Below the pieces are notes generated by a model that worked only from the letters and a program-made list of their open reading frames with translations, was not told where the DNA came from and searched no databases. From a bacterium (GTDB taxonomy: Bacteria > Omnitrophota > Gorgyraeia > Zapsychrales > Zapsychraceae): 64,000 nucleotides of DNA. Of the stretch, positions 9,383-19,216 are shown piece by piece. The translations under genes and the position numbers were made by a program. The stretch spans positions 23,925 to 87,924 of the forward strand of contig JAUIER010000006.1 in NCBI GenBank assembly GCA_030429765.1. Reading direction: 5' to 3'. Numbering within the stretch: the first letter of the stretch is position 1; every line of letters starts with the position of its first letter.

Positions 9383-9829
9383 TTATGTCTGTCGACGGTT
9401 GATAAAATAAAAGATCCCCATCAATAGCGGATAAATCAATAACATCTTGTACATATCGGACGGACGGGTGATCCGCTGGTCCAGCCATTGCAATTGACCG
9501 CGCGCGTCACACACCAAAAACACAATCAACGTACTCACCAGGATGATCGCCAGCAGCAACTGTATGGCCGCGTAAGGATCAACCCGGTCACGCCGGGTCC
9601 AAATGAACGTTCCCAAAATGTTTGGGACGACAAATCCCGCCAACAGGACGATAGACAACGCGTTTGATTGCGCCATCAATCCGATCGCCATGATCAACAG
9701 CCAGCACGTCGCGCCGAGCTGACTGCCGAACCAGCCCGCCGTGTTCCACTGAAATGTTCCGTTGCCTGTTTTAGCCACTCTGTTTGTCCTCCGGATTTGC
9801 CCAATATAGCGCTTCCCCTTATTATACAC
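9383..9829 (-). CDS. hypothetical integral membrane protein
   Basis: 148-aa ORF with 3-4 TM helices. Confidence 0.35.
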   Translation of the reverse strand: MYNKGKRYIGQIRRTNRVAKTGNGTFQWNTAGWFGSQLGATCWLLIMAIGLMAQSNALSIVLLAGFVVPNILGTFIWTRRDRVDPYAAIQLLLAIILVSTLIVFLVCDARGQLQWLDQRITRPSDMYKMLLIYPLLMGIFYFINRRQT

Positions 9830-9931
9830 AAAAAACGGGGATGACCATCTCCTTTCAGATGATCATCCCCTCTGTATGTTAAATCGTTGCTGTTCAACGA
9901 TGCTCGTCGGCGGCTGTTCGGACCGGTCCGA

Positions 9932-10456
9932 TTACTGCGGGATCACGACCTCGTCAATGACGTGGATCACGCCATTGGCCGTGATGATATCGGCCTTGGC
10001 CACGTTGGCGTTGTCGATGCGCACACCACTGGCGTCGGCGTCGATGGACAGGCTCTTGCCGTTGACGGTCTTGGCCAGTTTCATGTTGGCCACATCACTG
10101 GCCAGCACCTTGCCCGGTACGACGTGATACGTCAGAATCGCGGTGAGCTTGTCCTTGTTCTCCGGCTTGAGCAATTCGGCCACCGTGCCTTCCGGCAATT
10201 TGGCAAAGGCCTCATCGGTCGGCGCGAAGACCGTAAACGGTCCGTCGCCCTTGAGTGTGTCGACCAGATTCGCGCCCTCGAGCGCAGCCACCAGTGTGGT
10301 GAATGATCCGGCCGAGACAGCCGTGTCGACGATGTCGGGTTTGACGTCGGCCTTGGCGGACTTTCCGTAGTCACATGAACCACCGGCCTGGCTCGTTGAT
10401 ACGAATGCCAGCATGGCCACCAATCCGAACATGAACGCGAGAATTTTCTTTTCCAT
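9932..10456 (-). CDS. secreted fasciclin (FAS1) domain protein
   Basis: Signal peptide [27 protein letters not shown]1 motifs [19 protein letters not shown] and [20 protein letters not shown] ahead of the internal ATG at 10456. Confidence 0.8.
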   Translation of the reverse strand: MEKKILAFMFGLVAMLAFVSTSQAGGSCDYGKSAKADVKPDIVDTAVSAGSFTTLVAALEGANLVDTLKGDGPFTVFAPTDEAFAKLPEGTVAELLKPENKDKLTAILTYHVVPGKVLASDVANMKLAKTVNGKSLSIDADASGVRIDNANVAKADIITANGVIHVIDEVVIPQ

Positions 10457-10601
10457 GATAACCTCCTTGTTTGACGATCTGTTGACGTTGAGCGGCACGA
10501 CACCGCCGCTCCTGAAATCTACGCCCATGATAGCGTGATTTCCGATTTGATCAACACAGGTTAAACTTGGACAAATCATGTAGGTGGGTTTGGGGGGGTA
10601 A

Positions 10602-11111
10602 TCAGGAGGAAAATATATCAAATACCGATTTCTTGTCAATCACAAAAGCTTTGAGGAAATACTTATTCAGTTTGAACAGTACTTTAGTACTACAAGCAAC
10701 ACCCAGTAGAAACATGCTGGCAGAGCTGCCATACAGAACCATAAAACCCAAGTACTCGCCAAATATTCTCCAATAAAAGTCGAACAGTGGAGATTTCAAA
10801 GGGTAAACGAGAACAGTGGCTATAACGAATAACATTGTGGCATAGAATAAATTCAATCCTGAAATGTGAAACAAATCTGCTTTATCATCTTTTCGTGCAG
10901 CTAGTAACATACTGGTTCTCATAGACAACCCCGCCAGAGTGGCGGATAAACCGATTGCTGCAGCAAAAATGGGGAAAACGTTTATACAGAGTTGTTTAGA
11001 ATATACACTGAAGGCGATAATTGTAGCGCCAAAAAAAAAGCATATAGTCGGTACGTACAGAAGCACGAGCCATAAAACTCTTTTACTGATTTTTATTAAT
11101 GTTGGGTTCAT
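10602..11111 (-). CDS. hypothetical integral membrane protein (low GC)
   Basis: 169-aa ORF with multiple TM helices. Confidence 0.3.
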   Translation of the reverse strand: MNPTLIKISKRVLWLVLLYVPTICFFFGATIIAFSVYSKQLCINVFPIFAAAIGLSATLAGLSMRTSMLLAARKDDKADLFHISGLNLFYATMLFVIATVLVYPLKSPLFDFYWRIFGEYLGFMVLYGSSASMFLLGVACSTKVLFKLNKYFLKAFVIDKKSVFDIFSS

Positions 11112-11135
11112 TGTAGCCTCCTTATCGGCGCTAAT

Positions 11136-11387
11136 TCAAATCACATTTTCTTTCATTCTTCGCCGCCATCGACTCCCCGTAATCTGCCCGATCACGGCGA
11201 GAAATATGGTAACGGGAATGAACAGCTTGGCCGTGCCCAGCTGCACGCGGGCGTAGATGATAAATGGAATCGATGCGTGAATCCAAAAGAACCAACCGAA
11301 GGTAAACTTGGCATAGCCTTCGCGGATGTAGCCCATCGGGATGTTCATGGCAAGAGCCAAAATTGAAATTAAGAAGTATTGGTTCAT
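11136..11387 (-). CDS. hypothetical small membrane protein
   Basis: 83-aa ORF with 2 TM helices. Confidence 0.3.
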   Translation of the reverse strand: MNQYFLISILALAMNIPMGYIREGYAKFTFGWFFWIHASIPFIIYARVQLGTAKLFIPVTIFLAVIGQITGSRWRRRMKENVI

Positions 11388-11427
11388 CGGAGCAATTAAA
11401 AATCTGATCGGTCTATGTAAACGCTAA

Positions 11428-11862
11428 TTATTGGATCGCATTCACACCAAAATTCCAACCTTCCGGCCCGGGATCGGGAAAATGACCGTAGTCATACCGA
11501 GGCGTTGCGCCGTACATCGGTTGTCGATATTTTCGGACGGCCTCAAGTTCATGTGCACAGTACTCGTAGTGCGGCATATTGTGCCACAAATAGAGCATCA
11601 AAAACATGTATCCAAGAGCACAGACAATCCCGAATCGAAATCCTCCATTGTCCAGCCGCTTCGCCCATTTAAACCGTCTCATCAGAAGTATGATCAAGAC
11701 AAGCGGGACAAAATCCGTCATGATCTCCACCACTATGGATCGATGAATACATTTTGGGAAGATTGAATCCGGTAGCGCCCATTGAATGGTAAACGCCAGG
11801 AAAACATATAGCACAAACCATCCAACGAAACTGACGATATTGATAAATACTTTCTTTATCAT
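11428..11862 (-). CDS. hypothetical integral membrane protein
   Basis: 144-aa ORF with TM helices. Confidence 0.3.
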   Translation of the reverse strand: MIKKVFINIVSFVGWFVLYVFLAFTIQWALPDSIFPKCIHRSIVVEIMTDFVPLVLIILLMRRFKWAKRLDNGGFRFGIVCALGYMFLMLYLWHNMPHYEYCAHELEAVRKYRQPMYGATPRYDYGHFPDPGPEGWNFGVNAIQ

Positions 11863-11910
11863 TGCGTTTTCATACTAAGGAATCGCTGTGCCTCAAAGCG
11901 ACTCCGTCCG

Positions 11911-13353
11911 TTATTTCTTCTGCTGTAGGCCTTCAAAATACGAACGTCTATGTATCACGTTATAGCCTAACATATAGCAATACAAACTCGCGGGTGTAAA
12001 GTTGATCGTCACGTTCTTGTATGTTTTTGAATCCTGTATTGTTTTCGAGGTCACCATAGCACTTGCCAGATTCTGGGCATGACAAAAACTAACCACATTT
12101 TTCAATTCTTTCAGGTTATTAATGTATCTGTCCGACCACTTGGATTCAATCGCCCATGCCGCTTTTTGATTGTCTCCCAGCATAACGATATCAACCTCTC
12201 CTCCATTCCATCTGGCATAGTACAATGTTTCATTTGTATGAAACCAGTGCGCGTAAATGGCTGTCTCCACAATCTGTCCCATCACCTCTTCTCCATCATC
12301 GACCAAGTTGAAAAGAGCGCTTCTCATGGAAGGGTTCGTTAAATATATCTTGAAGTAGTTTGCTCTTTGGAATCGCCTCCCTGAACGTTCGATTCGGTGA
12401 ACAACCTTTATTAGAAAGGCGGCTTCAAGGTATTCGATATATCTTTTGATCGTATTTTTTGCCACACCCGAACTCTTTGACAGTTCTTGCAATGAAACTT
12501 CGTTTGACGTATTGAAAGCAAGTGTCGTAAATAAATAATTAAGTTCCTGGATATCATTCACACCATACAAGCTGGGCAAATCGCGTAATAGAACCTTGTC
12601 GATAATATCGCTCTTTATAAATTGCCCGGGATTGTCCTGTATTTCTTTTGAAAGGGCAGCCTCAGGGTAACCTCCAAAATTCAAATACCTGACAAAATTT
12701 TCATTTAGCTCCGCGATCGAACCTGTAGAACTATAGTTGACGAATCCATCGTCTGATTTTTCTACGAGTACCAATTGTGACTTATCGATTAACGTCATAT
12801 ATTCATAAAACGTCAATGGCGGCAGAAAAAAATCGGTAAAACGCCCAGCTCCAGACTCCATCGAACTCAACCGCAACGCGGCGGCAGCTGACCCGGAGGC
12901 AATAAATTTTATATTGTTGTAATCATCTACCAGGATTTTCAGATTGTTTTCCCAATTTTTTAAATACTGGATCTCGTCAAAAAAAATGAAACATTCATCC
13001 CGCTTATAATCGACCCCTGTGGCCTCCATATAGGAACCCAAAAAATCCTCCAAAATCAGCCCGTTATACAAGGGGTGATCCACAGATATATAACAAATTT
13101 TCTTGGGGTCTACGCCCTCATCGATCAACTTTTGAACGGCATGATGGATCAATACTGTTTTTCCAATTCGCCGTGGGCCCATCAGAATGACGGCTCGAGT
13201 TACATTCCGCTCCAGGATATGGGGATAGAACACATCGAGATAGGGTCTACGTTTATAGTCATCCAAACGACCTGAAATCCTATTCGGCTTATTCCACCAG
13301 AAGTTCTCCGACCTAAGTCTATCTGCCACTTGATCTTTCGGTATTTTCTTCAT
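11911..13353 (-). CDS. AAA+ ATPase of the COG1373 / DUF4143 family
   Basis: Walker A GPRRIGKT, Walker B IFFDEIQY, and a C-terminal DUF4143-like region. Confidence 0.75.
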   Translation of the reverse strand: MKKIPKDQVADRLRSENFWWNKPNRISGRLDDYKRRPYLDVFYPHILERNVTRAVILMGPRRIGKTVLIHHAVQKLIDEGVDPKKICYISVDHPLYNGLILEDFLGSYMEATGVDYKRDECFIFFDEIQYLKNWENNLKILVDDYNNIKFIASGSAAAALRLSSMESGAGRFTDFFLPPLTFYEYMTLIDKSQLVLVEKSDDGFVNYSSTGSIAELNENFVRYLNFGGYPEAALSKEIQDNPGQFIKSDIIDKVLLRDLPSLYGVNDIQELNYLFTTLAFNTSNEVSLQELSKSSGVAKNTIKRYIEYLEAAFLIKVVHRIERSGRRFQRANYFKIYLTNPSMRSALFNLVDDGEEVMGQIVETAIYAHWFHTNETLYYARWNGGEVDIVMLGDNQKAAWAIESKWSDRYINNLKELKNVVSFCHAQNLASAMVTSKTIQDSKTYKNVTINFTPASLYCYMLGYNVIHRRSYFEGLQQKK

Positions 13354-13585
13354 TAGTATCAGTATGCTGATCTTATTTACATTTTTTAATTTAAAGAAAC
13401 TCTAATGATATTGTTAACACCTTTTCCTGATTCTGTCAACCGCTCCCTGCAATCAAAATGCAAAATAAATAACTTAATATCGGAGGCAATCTTCAAATAA
13501 TCAGAACTTAAGTTATTTAATTTCAAATATTTATAGACTATTTACACCAACGCGACTGCCGAAGGCTGTCGCGCCAATCATTTTC

Positions 13586-14872
13586 TCAACCTCGCCCAAT
13601 GTCGAGACGTTTTTTGATTTCTTGTTCAAATCCCCGATCAACCGGATGGTAAAACGACTGTCGATCCATTTCATCAGGAAAATAATTCTGCCCGGAAAAA
13701 CTCTCGGGCGTGTCGGGATCATAGATGTAGCCTTCGCCGTAACCGACGTCTTTCATCAATTTGGTCGGGGCGTTGAGAATATGCTTGGGCGGTGACAACG
13801 ATCCTGACTTTTTCGCTGCTTGTTTAGCTTGGCCTAGCGCTTTGTAAATGGCGACAGACTTCGGTGCGGTGGCCAGATAAACCAAGGCTTGTGCCAAAGC
13901 CAATTCACCTTCCGGACTTCCCAACCGTTCAAACGCTTCCCAAGCTGTCACACATTGTGACAACGCTCGCGGGTCGGCCAGGCCGATATCCTCGACGGCC
14001 ATACGGGTCATCCGTCGAGCAATGTAATGGGGATCCTCTCCCCCCGCCAGCATGCGGGCGAACCAGTACAAAGCTGCATCGGGATCACTCCCTCGAACCG
14101 ATTTATGTAAGGCGGAAATCAAATTGTAATGACCTTCATCGCCTTTGTCGTATAATGGCGCGCGCCGCTGAACGACCGTCATCAACGCCTCTTCATCCAA
14201 CGTCTGATTCTTCGCAAATACCTGTTCGGCAATCGACAAACAATAACGGCCATCACCATCGGCCAATGTCTTTAACATGTCCCGAGCCGGCGGCGTCAAT
14301 GGAAGCCTGGCGTCTTTGACGGCTTCAGCCCGCTGCAACAAACTCTCCAGCGCCTCCTCACTCAAACGCTTCAACACCAGGACCTGACAACGGGACAATA
14401 ACGGCGCGTTTAATTCAAAAGAAGGATTTTCGGTGGTCGCCCCGATCAGGGTAATTGTCCCGTCCTCCACGACGGGCAAAAACGCGTCCTGCTGAGATTT
14501 CATGAAACGATGGATCTCATCGACAAACAGGAGGGTTTGTTGACCATTGCGTCGTCGTAACCGGGCCGCTTCAAAAACGGTCTTGAGATCTTTAACCCCG
14601 GCAAAGATCGCGGACAGCTGATCAAAGTGCAACCCCGATCCTTGAGCGACGATGCGCGCTAAGGTTGTTTTCCCGCATCCCGGCGGCCCCCAGAGAATCG
14701 TGGATGTGACTTTACCACTGGCGATCATCTCAAAAAGCGGCATACCTTCAGCGGTGAGATGTTCCTGTCCGGCGACTTCGGATAATGTTGTCGGACGCAG
14801 TTGATCGGCAAGCGGACGCGATGTCCTGTCGTCGGGTGTTGATGCGTTATTGTCTGTGAATAAATCAGCCAT
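13586..14872 (-). CDS. rarA: replication-associated recombination protein A (RarA/MgsA AAA+ ATPase)
   Basis: [13 protein letters not shown] Walker [11 protein letters not shown] Walker B, and a MgsA C-terminal helical domain. Confidence 0.9.
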   Translation of the reverse strand: MADLFTDNNASTPDDRTSRPLADQLRPTTLSEVAGQEHLTAEGMPLFEMIASGKVTSTILWGPPGCGKTTLARIVAQGSGLHFDQLSAIFAGVKDLKTVFEAARLRRRNGQQTLLFVDEIHRFMKSQQDAFLPVVEDGTITLIGATTENPSFELNAPLLSRCQVLVLKRLSEEALESLLQRAEAVKDARLPLTPPARDMLKTLADGDGRYCLSIAEQVFAKNQTLDEEALMTVVQRRAPLYDKGDEGHYNLISALHKSVRGSDPDAALYWFARMLAGGEDPHYIARRMTRMAVEDIGLADPRALSQCVTAWEAFERLGSPEGELALAQALVYLATAPKSVAIYKALGQAKQAAKKSGSLSPPKHILNAPTKLMKDVGYGEGYIYDPDTPESFSGQNYFPDEMDRQSFYHPVDRGFEQEIKKRLDIGRG

Positions 14873-14889
14873 AATAAAACGAAAGGGCG

Positions 14890-15968
14890 AAAGGGGACAG
14901 CTTAGAATCAGGCAACAAGTGCAACACTGAGTGTTAGAATAGACACAAAAGGAGTTGCCGATGTCCCGCTATAAACATTTAAGTGTGTATGAACGGGAAG
15001 AAATATCCCGTGGTTTAAGTCAAGGCTTAAGCCTTCGTAAAATAGCCAGCCATCTAGGCCGGTCAGCCAGTACCATCAGCCGTGAAGTCAGTCGAAACAG
15101 TAATGTCGTTACTTATCGTGCAGCTCAGGCTGAACGTAGAGCGCTTCGTTTAAGACAGAAAGCCCGGCGTTCAATAAAAATCAACAAAATTGATCGGTTA
15201 CGTAAATTCATCATAGCACATTTGCATAAGCGCTGGTCGCCTGAACAAATTGCAGTCAAATTAAAAATACTGTATCCTAGAGATATGTCTATGAATATCT
15301 CTCATGAAAGTATATACGCGTATCTATATGTTCAGCCGCGTGGCGCCCTTAAAAAGGAGTTAAGCTCCCTATTAAGACAAAAACACAAGAACCGTCGGCC
15401 ACGTAAGGAGCGTATACAGAGCTGTCCGATACAGAATTACATAAGCATTGATCAACGCCCTCCGGAAGTCAATGCCAGACGTATCGCCGGACACTGGGAA
15501 GGCGATCTGATTATGGGAGCCTCCAATCAATCGGCCATCGGTACGTTGGTTGAACGTACAACGCGTAAGGTTCTGATATTTAAACTTGAGAAGAAAGATG
15601 CCAAGAGCGCCAGAGAGGCCTTCGAGAAGGCATTCAAAAAGCTTCCGACTCACATGAAAAAATCTTTAACCTATGACCATGGCCAGGAAATGGCTCAACA
15701 TAATAAATTCACTCAAAGAACAAAGATACAAGTATACTTCGCTCATCCGCATTCACCCTGGCAACGCGGCACAAGCGAGAATACCAATATGTTAATACGT
15801 GATTTTTTCCCGAAGGGTACAGACTTCAAAGAAGTATCTTCCAGAGAATTGACGAAGGTTCAGAATCTATTGAATGATCGCCCAAGAAAAACATTAAATT
15901 GGAAAACACCCAACGAATCCTTTAATGAATTCGTTGCACTTGTAAATTGATTCTAAGCTGTCCCCTTT
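14890..15968 (+). mobile_element. IS30-family insertion sequence (~1.08 kb) with ~36-bp imperfect terminal inverted repeats
   Basis: Left end AAAGGGGACAGCTTAGAATCAggcaACAAGTGCAAC. The right end, reverse-complemented, reads AAAGGGGACAGCTTAGAATCAatttACAAGTGCAAC. One transposase ORF. Confidence 0.8.
14961..15950 (+). CDS. IS30 family transposase
   Basis: N-terminal HTH (LSVYEREEISRGLSQGLSLRKIASHLGRSASTISREVSRN) and a DDE integrase core (GHWEGDLI...DHGQEM). AAAAGGAG RBS before the ATG at 14961. Confidence 0.9.
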   Translation: MSRYKHLSVYEREEISRGLSQGLSLRKIASHLGRSASTISREVSRNSNVVTYRAAQAERRALRLRQKARRSIKINKIDRLRKFIIAHLHKRWSPEQIAVKLKILYPRDMSMNISHESIYAYLYVQPRGALKKELSSLLRQKHKNRRPRKERIQSCPIQNYISIDQRPPEVNARRIAGHWEGDLIMGASNQSAIGTLVERTTRKVLIFKLEKKDAKSAREAFEKAFKKLPTHMKKSLTYDHGQEMAQHNKFTQRTKIQVYFAHPHSPWQRGTSENTNMLIRDFFPKGTDFKEVSSRELTKVQNLLNDRPRKTLNWKTPNESFNEFVALVN

Positions 15969-16095
15969 GGGGGACAGGCCTTTTATTGATTTGAATGTCT
16001 GTGACATTATATCATCCTTCACAAAAAAAAGGACCCGCTTTTGGCGGGCCCTTGGATTGTCTCCAGACGGATCGTACGTTGTTGAGCCGTTGAGG

Positions 16096-16248
16096 CTATT
16101 CTTCTTCATCCATCGCTCGGGACGGATAGCGTTCATATTTCCGGTTAACACGCGGATGCCGCTCCTTGTCGGATTCCCATCGCTGTCGATCCTTGGCGTC
16201 CCGGCGGAATTTATCCGCCCGTTTTTCGTCTTCTGTTTTCTTGGCCAC
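16096..16248 (-). CDS. possible small highly charged protein (50 aa)
   Basis: GTG start 5 nt after a GGAGG RBS. Product (M)AKKTEDEKRADKFRRDAKDRQRWESDKERHPRVNRKYERYPSRAMDEEE. A GGACCCGC/GCGGGCCC hairpin follows. Low complexity, so the call is weak. Confidence 0.2.
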   Translation of the reverse strand: MAKKTEDEKRADKFRRDAKDRQRWESDKERHPRVNRKYERYPSRAMDEEE

Positions 16249-16278
16249 TTGATCCTCCCCGTGTCCGCGGACACGTGT

Positions 16279-16299
16279 AATAGGGCGCTGACCCCTATT
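16279..16299 (+). repeat. type-B palindromic repeat copy
   Basis: AATAGGGCGCTGACCCCTATT. Overlaps the stop codon of the 16295-16516 gene. Preceded by the GTGTCCGCGGACAC palindrome. Confidence 0.6.
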
Positions 16300-16516
16300 T
16301 TGTCTTCTGGTTGAGTCCGCTCATCAATTGTTTGTACGCGCGGAGATTTTCCGGATTGTTGAACAACGCGGGATTGCGTTTGACAATCTCAACGGCCTTG
16401 ACGATATTCTGCGCGTCCATCCGCACCTGCTTCGCGGGCGCCGCATGAGCCGTACCCATTGTCAACATACCTCCCGTCAAAACCAACCCCATGAACAACC
16501 TACCTGTCCTGCACAT
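16295..16516 (-). CDS. small secreted protein
   Basis: AGGAGG RBS and a signal peptide MCRTGRLFMGLVLTGGMLTMGTAHA. The stop codon lies inside a palindromic repeat. Confidence 0.4.
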   Translation of the reverse strand: MCRTGRLFMGLVLTGGMLTMGTAHAAPAKQVRMDAQNIVKAVEIVKRNPALFNNPENLRAYKQLMSGLNQKTK

Positions 16517-16531
16517 AACTCTTCCTCCTTT

Positions 16532-17401
16532 TTAGATGGTTATGCGACTGGTCAACCTGTATAGCGAACGTTCGGTCAGATGAAACATTCTTTTCCAACT
16601 GAAATCGCCGCACAGAAAATCAACATGCTCAAGCCGTTCGTCACACGCCTTGTGCATATGGTACAAATTTATCACCTTGGCGATGCCCGGAAAATCTGAA
16701 CAAGTCGCCCCGGCAAAAAGGGTATAGATATTTTTGTAGATACATCCCAAATCCACCGCGGCTACTTGGCCCTCCACGAGCACCGTCACAAGGTTCAGCC
16801 AGCCCTGCCTGTCAAAATAATCCGTCACATCGGCAAAGCTCTGGACAAAACGCGGATCCGAAAAGTAAGAATCATCCCCGAAACGCTGCCGGTTTATTTT
16901 AACCATCAGATCAAAATCCGGACGGTGATTAATCCGGTACGTTACCCCGCGTTCTTCAAAACGCTGCACCTCTTTACGGATTGACTTGATCGACGTCTTC
17001 GACCGGAAACCGGACAAATACTGCTCCAGGTCATAATTGGATTGCGCCGGCACAAACAGATAGCCGATCTCATCCACATAGGCCCGGGATAACGGCTCAA
17101 GCGAATCGCCGAGCAGATAACGCAACCGATACCCCAGTCGCTGTTCATCCAGCCAATCGATCATCATCGACACAACCTCTGCATCTCTGGCCACAATACG
17201 GTTGGGTTCGATCCATGTCCCGCCATGCCAGCTTTCCCCCGGAAAGATGCCGTAATTGAACGTTTCATCCATTTCGGCCAGGGGTAACAGGCCGATGACG
17301 TCCTTGCCCTCTTCCACGACGACAAACAGGACGCTTCCTTCGTAATGACGGTAAAAGGCTTCGCGGAATTCCCATAAGTCCGTCACCAGGTCATCGGGCA
17401 T
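16532..17401 (-). CDS. FemAB/CelD-like (Acetyltransf_6, GNAT-fold) protein
   Basis: About 290 aa with a GNAT-like C-terminal half (LVTVLVEGQVAAVDLGCIYKNIYTLFAGA). Start set at MPDDLV so it does not overlap speH. Confidence 0.5.
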   Translation of the reverse strand: MPDDLVTDLWEFREAFYRHYEGSVLFVVVEEGKDVIGLLPLAEMDETFNYGIFPGESWHGGTWIEPNRIVARDAEVVSMMIDWLDEQRLGYRLRYLLGDSLEPLSRAYVDEIGYLFVPAQSNYDLEQYLSGFRSKTSIKSIRKEVQRFEERGVTYRINHRPDFDLMVKINRQRFGDDSYFSDPRFVQSFADVTDYFDRQGWLNLVTVLVEGQVAAVDLGCIYKNIYTLFAGATCSDFPGIAKVINLYHMHKACDERLEHVDFLCGDFSWKRMFHLTERSLYRLTSRITI

Positions 17402-17465
17402 GCAGGCCGTCCACAGCTCCCGGCATTCGTTCAAATCCGTCACCGCCCGGACCCTGCGTTTCAAC

Positions 17466-17891
17466 TTAATAGCGGAAGGTGGTGTTAACAATGCAGTCTT
17501 CTCCCTTGAAAAACTTGCGGGCAAATCGTTTGACCTTGTCGATGTCGTACGGCTTGCAGCTAAACACATCCAGATAAACGGTATTGGTCAGGTTGGCAAA
17601 ATGCCCGGAGATCAATGAAGTTTCAATCAGTTGGACCATTGAAAAACCGGCCACCTTCTCGTCCTCACCAAAATGAACCACCTGAGTCTCGCCAAAGCGC
17701 TTCATCTCAATCAAATCGCATAGCTGGTGAACAAACTTTCGGATCTTCCCGGCATCGCGAATGATATCCGGATCACATTGGTAAATATCAACACTGGTCG
17801 CCACCCCCCACACATTGAATTCCGAACAACAGGCCTGGACCTGATCAAAACTCGGCGATGCCTTGGGGGCGGTTCTGATTAATTTGTGCAT
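17466..17891 (-). CDS. speH: S-adenosylmethionine decarboxylase proenzyme family (SpeH-like pyruvoyl enzyme)
   Basis: Can be aligned to class 1A AdoMetDC: DIYQCD ~ ELYGCD, SMVQLIETSLISGHF ~ VVISESHLTIHTW, YLDVFSCK ~ IDLFTCG. Confidence 0.65.
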   Translation of the reverse strand: MHKLIRTAPKASPSFDQVQACCSEFNVWGVATSVDIYQCDPDIIRDAGKIRKFVHQLCDLIEMKRFGETQVVHFGEDEKVAGFSMVQLIETSLISGHFANLTNTVYLDVFSCKPYDIDKVKRFARKFFKGEDCIVNTTFRY

Positions 17892-18443
17892 TTATGCTTG
17901 TTCTCCTCTCCCCGAACAGGGATAAGTTAAATCATCAAGGTTAAAAACCGTTTCCAGCTCATCCTGACTGGATTCATACGCGCCAAACAGATGCGGATGA
18001 CTTTGTAAAACCGCCAGCCGTTCATCGTCGGCCAGATATTGCTGCAGGAATTCCACATACTCTTGGTATTTCGCGGAACCTTTGGTCTGCTGCACGTACG
18101 GACATTCCAGATGCACGCTGACCGCCGGCTTGCCCTCCTGCTGCGTCAATACAAACGGATAGATGCGGCATTCCAACGGACGATCCTGATAGACCCCGCA
18201 CTCACCGTTTTCGGTGTTATAAAACCGGCAAATAAAAAGTCCATGACATTGCTTGGTGGTGATGTAGCCGTCATCGTCCACAACGGGATGCGTGCTTGAG
18301 GCATCATTCGCGGATACCGCGCGCATCACTTGCTCCTCGTCGCGGGTCACCTTGGGCCGCCACTCGGATTCCTCCTCGGGAAACCGGCAGCAGCCCCGGC
18401 ATGACAGACACGTTGACGATGACAGAAACTGCTTCATCGTCAT
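17892..18443 (-). CDS. YkgJ-family CxxCxxCC cysteine-cluster protein
   Basis: N-terminal CLSCRGCC motif plus additional conserved Cys (CHGLFICRF, CGVYQDRPLECRIYPF). Confidence 0.55.
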   Translation of the reverse strand: MTMKQFLSSSTCLSCRGCCRFPEEESEWRPKVTRDEEQVMRAVSANDASSTHPVVDDDGYITTKQCHGLFICRFYNTENGECGVYQDRPLECRIYPFVLTQQEGKPAVSVHLECPYVQQTKGSAKYQEYVEFLQQYLADDERLAVLQSHPHLFGAYESSQDELETVFNLDDLTYPCSGRGEQA

Positions 18444-18445
18444 GA

Positions 18446-18910
18446 TTATTCCACGGCGGAATTGCTGTATTCCAGATCGTCGACTTCGACTTCCAGCATC
18501 TCACCTTCTTCCTGAAATTCTTCATACTCTTCAAATGTATACTGCTCTTCATCGGTCAACTCCATGCCCTGCAGCGAGCCAAAGTCCACCGCGAATTCTT
18601 CATCCAGCCCGACCTTGTAAATGTTGACCGCGATGTAATTACCGCCTTGAACTTCAAAGTCGATAAAAACTTCATCACCGTTCACAATTTCCTCAAGGGC
18701 CGCCACATTCTCAAGTCCGGTCTGATCATTGATCACAAATGTGATCTCACGGCCTTCATCGGCCTCATCTTCGGCGTCGGTCTGCTTGACGACAATTTCC
18801 TCGACGGATATCGACTGGACCACCCCCGATACAAATTCGTACTCTTCATCGGCCGCGGCCTGATTCACACTTAATCCCAAAATAAACGCTAGTAACATCA
18901 ACTTCTTCAT
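18446..18910 (-). CDS. acidic secreted protein
   Basis: Signal peptide MKKLMLLAFILGLSVNQAAA, then a very Asp/Glu-rich product. AGGAGG RBS. Confidence 0.45.
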   Translation of the reverse strand: MKKLMLLAFILGLSVNQAAADEEYEFVSGVVQSISVEEIVVKQTDAEDEADEGREITFVINDQTGLENVAALEEIVNGDEVFIDFEVQGGNYIAVNIYKVGLDEEFAVDFGSLQGMELTDEEQYTFEEYEEFQEEGEMLEVEVDDLEYSNSAVE

Positions 18911-19216
18911 TTTGATTCCTCCTTGATTTGGACACAAAAAAAGCGCATTCAAAGCAAAGCCAACAAATCTCATGTACGAGACTCACCAACTCAAAACTCG
19001 AAATGCGCGTCTTTCTTTCCTAGCCGCACCGGAGAACCCTTTCTCCGGCCCGGGACCAGTCTAGATGTCAGTCTGGATTTTCGGGAACTTCCCCTCCTTT
19101 AATCTTTACGCCTAAATAATAGCTTTTTTTCCGGCAAAATCAATTGTTTTTTAATAATCGGGGTCCAGGTCTTGTTATTGAATCGCGCCTTGTTGACGGT
19201 CACACGTCTGATGGCC

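Noticed and set aside
15894-16314. ORFs 15894-16274 (-) and 15967-16314 (+) spanning the IS30 right end
   Set aside because: They read across the transposase 3' end and inverted repeat, and across a terminator hairpin. They are out of frame with the small RBS-preceded ORF. Probably non-coding.
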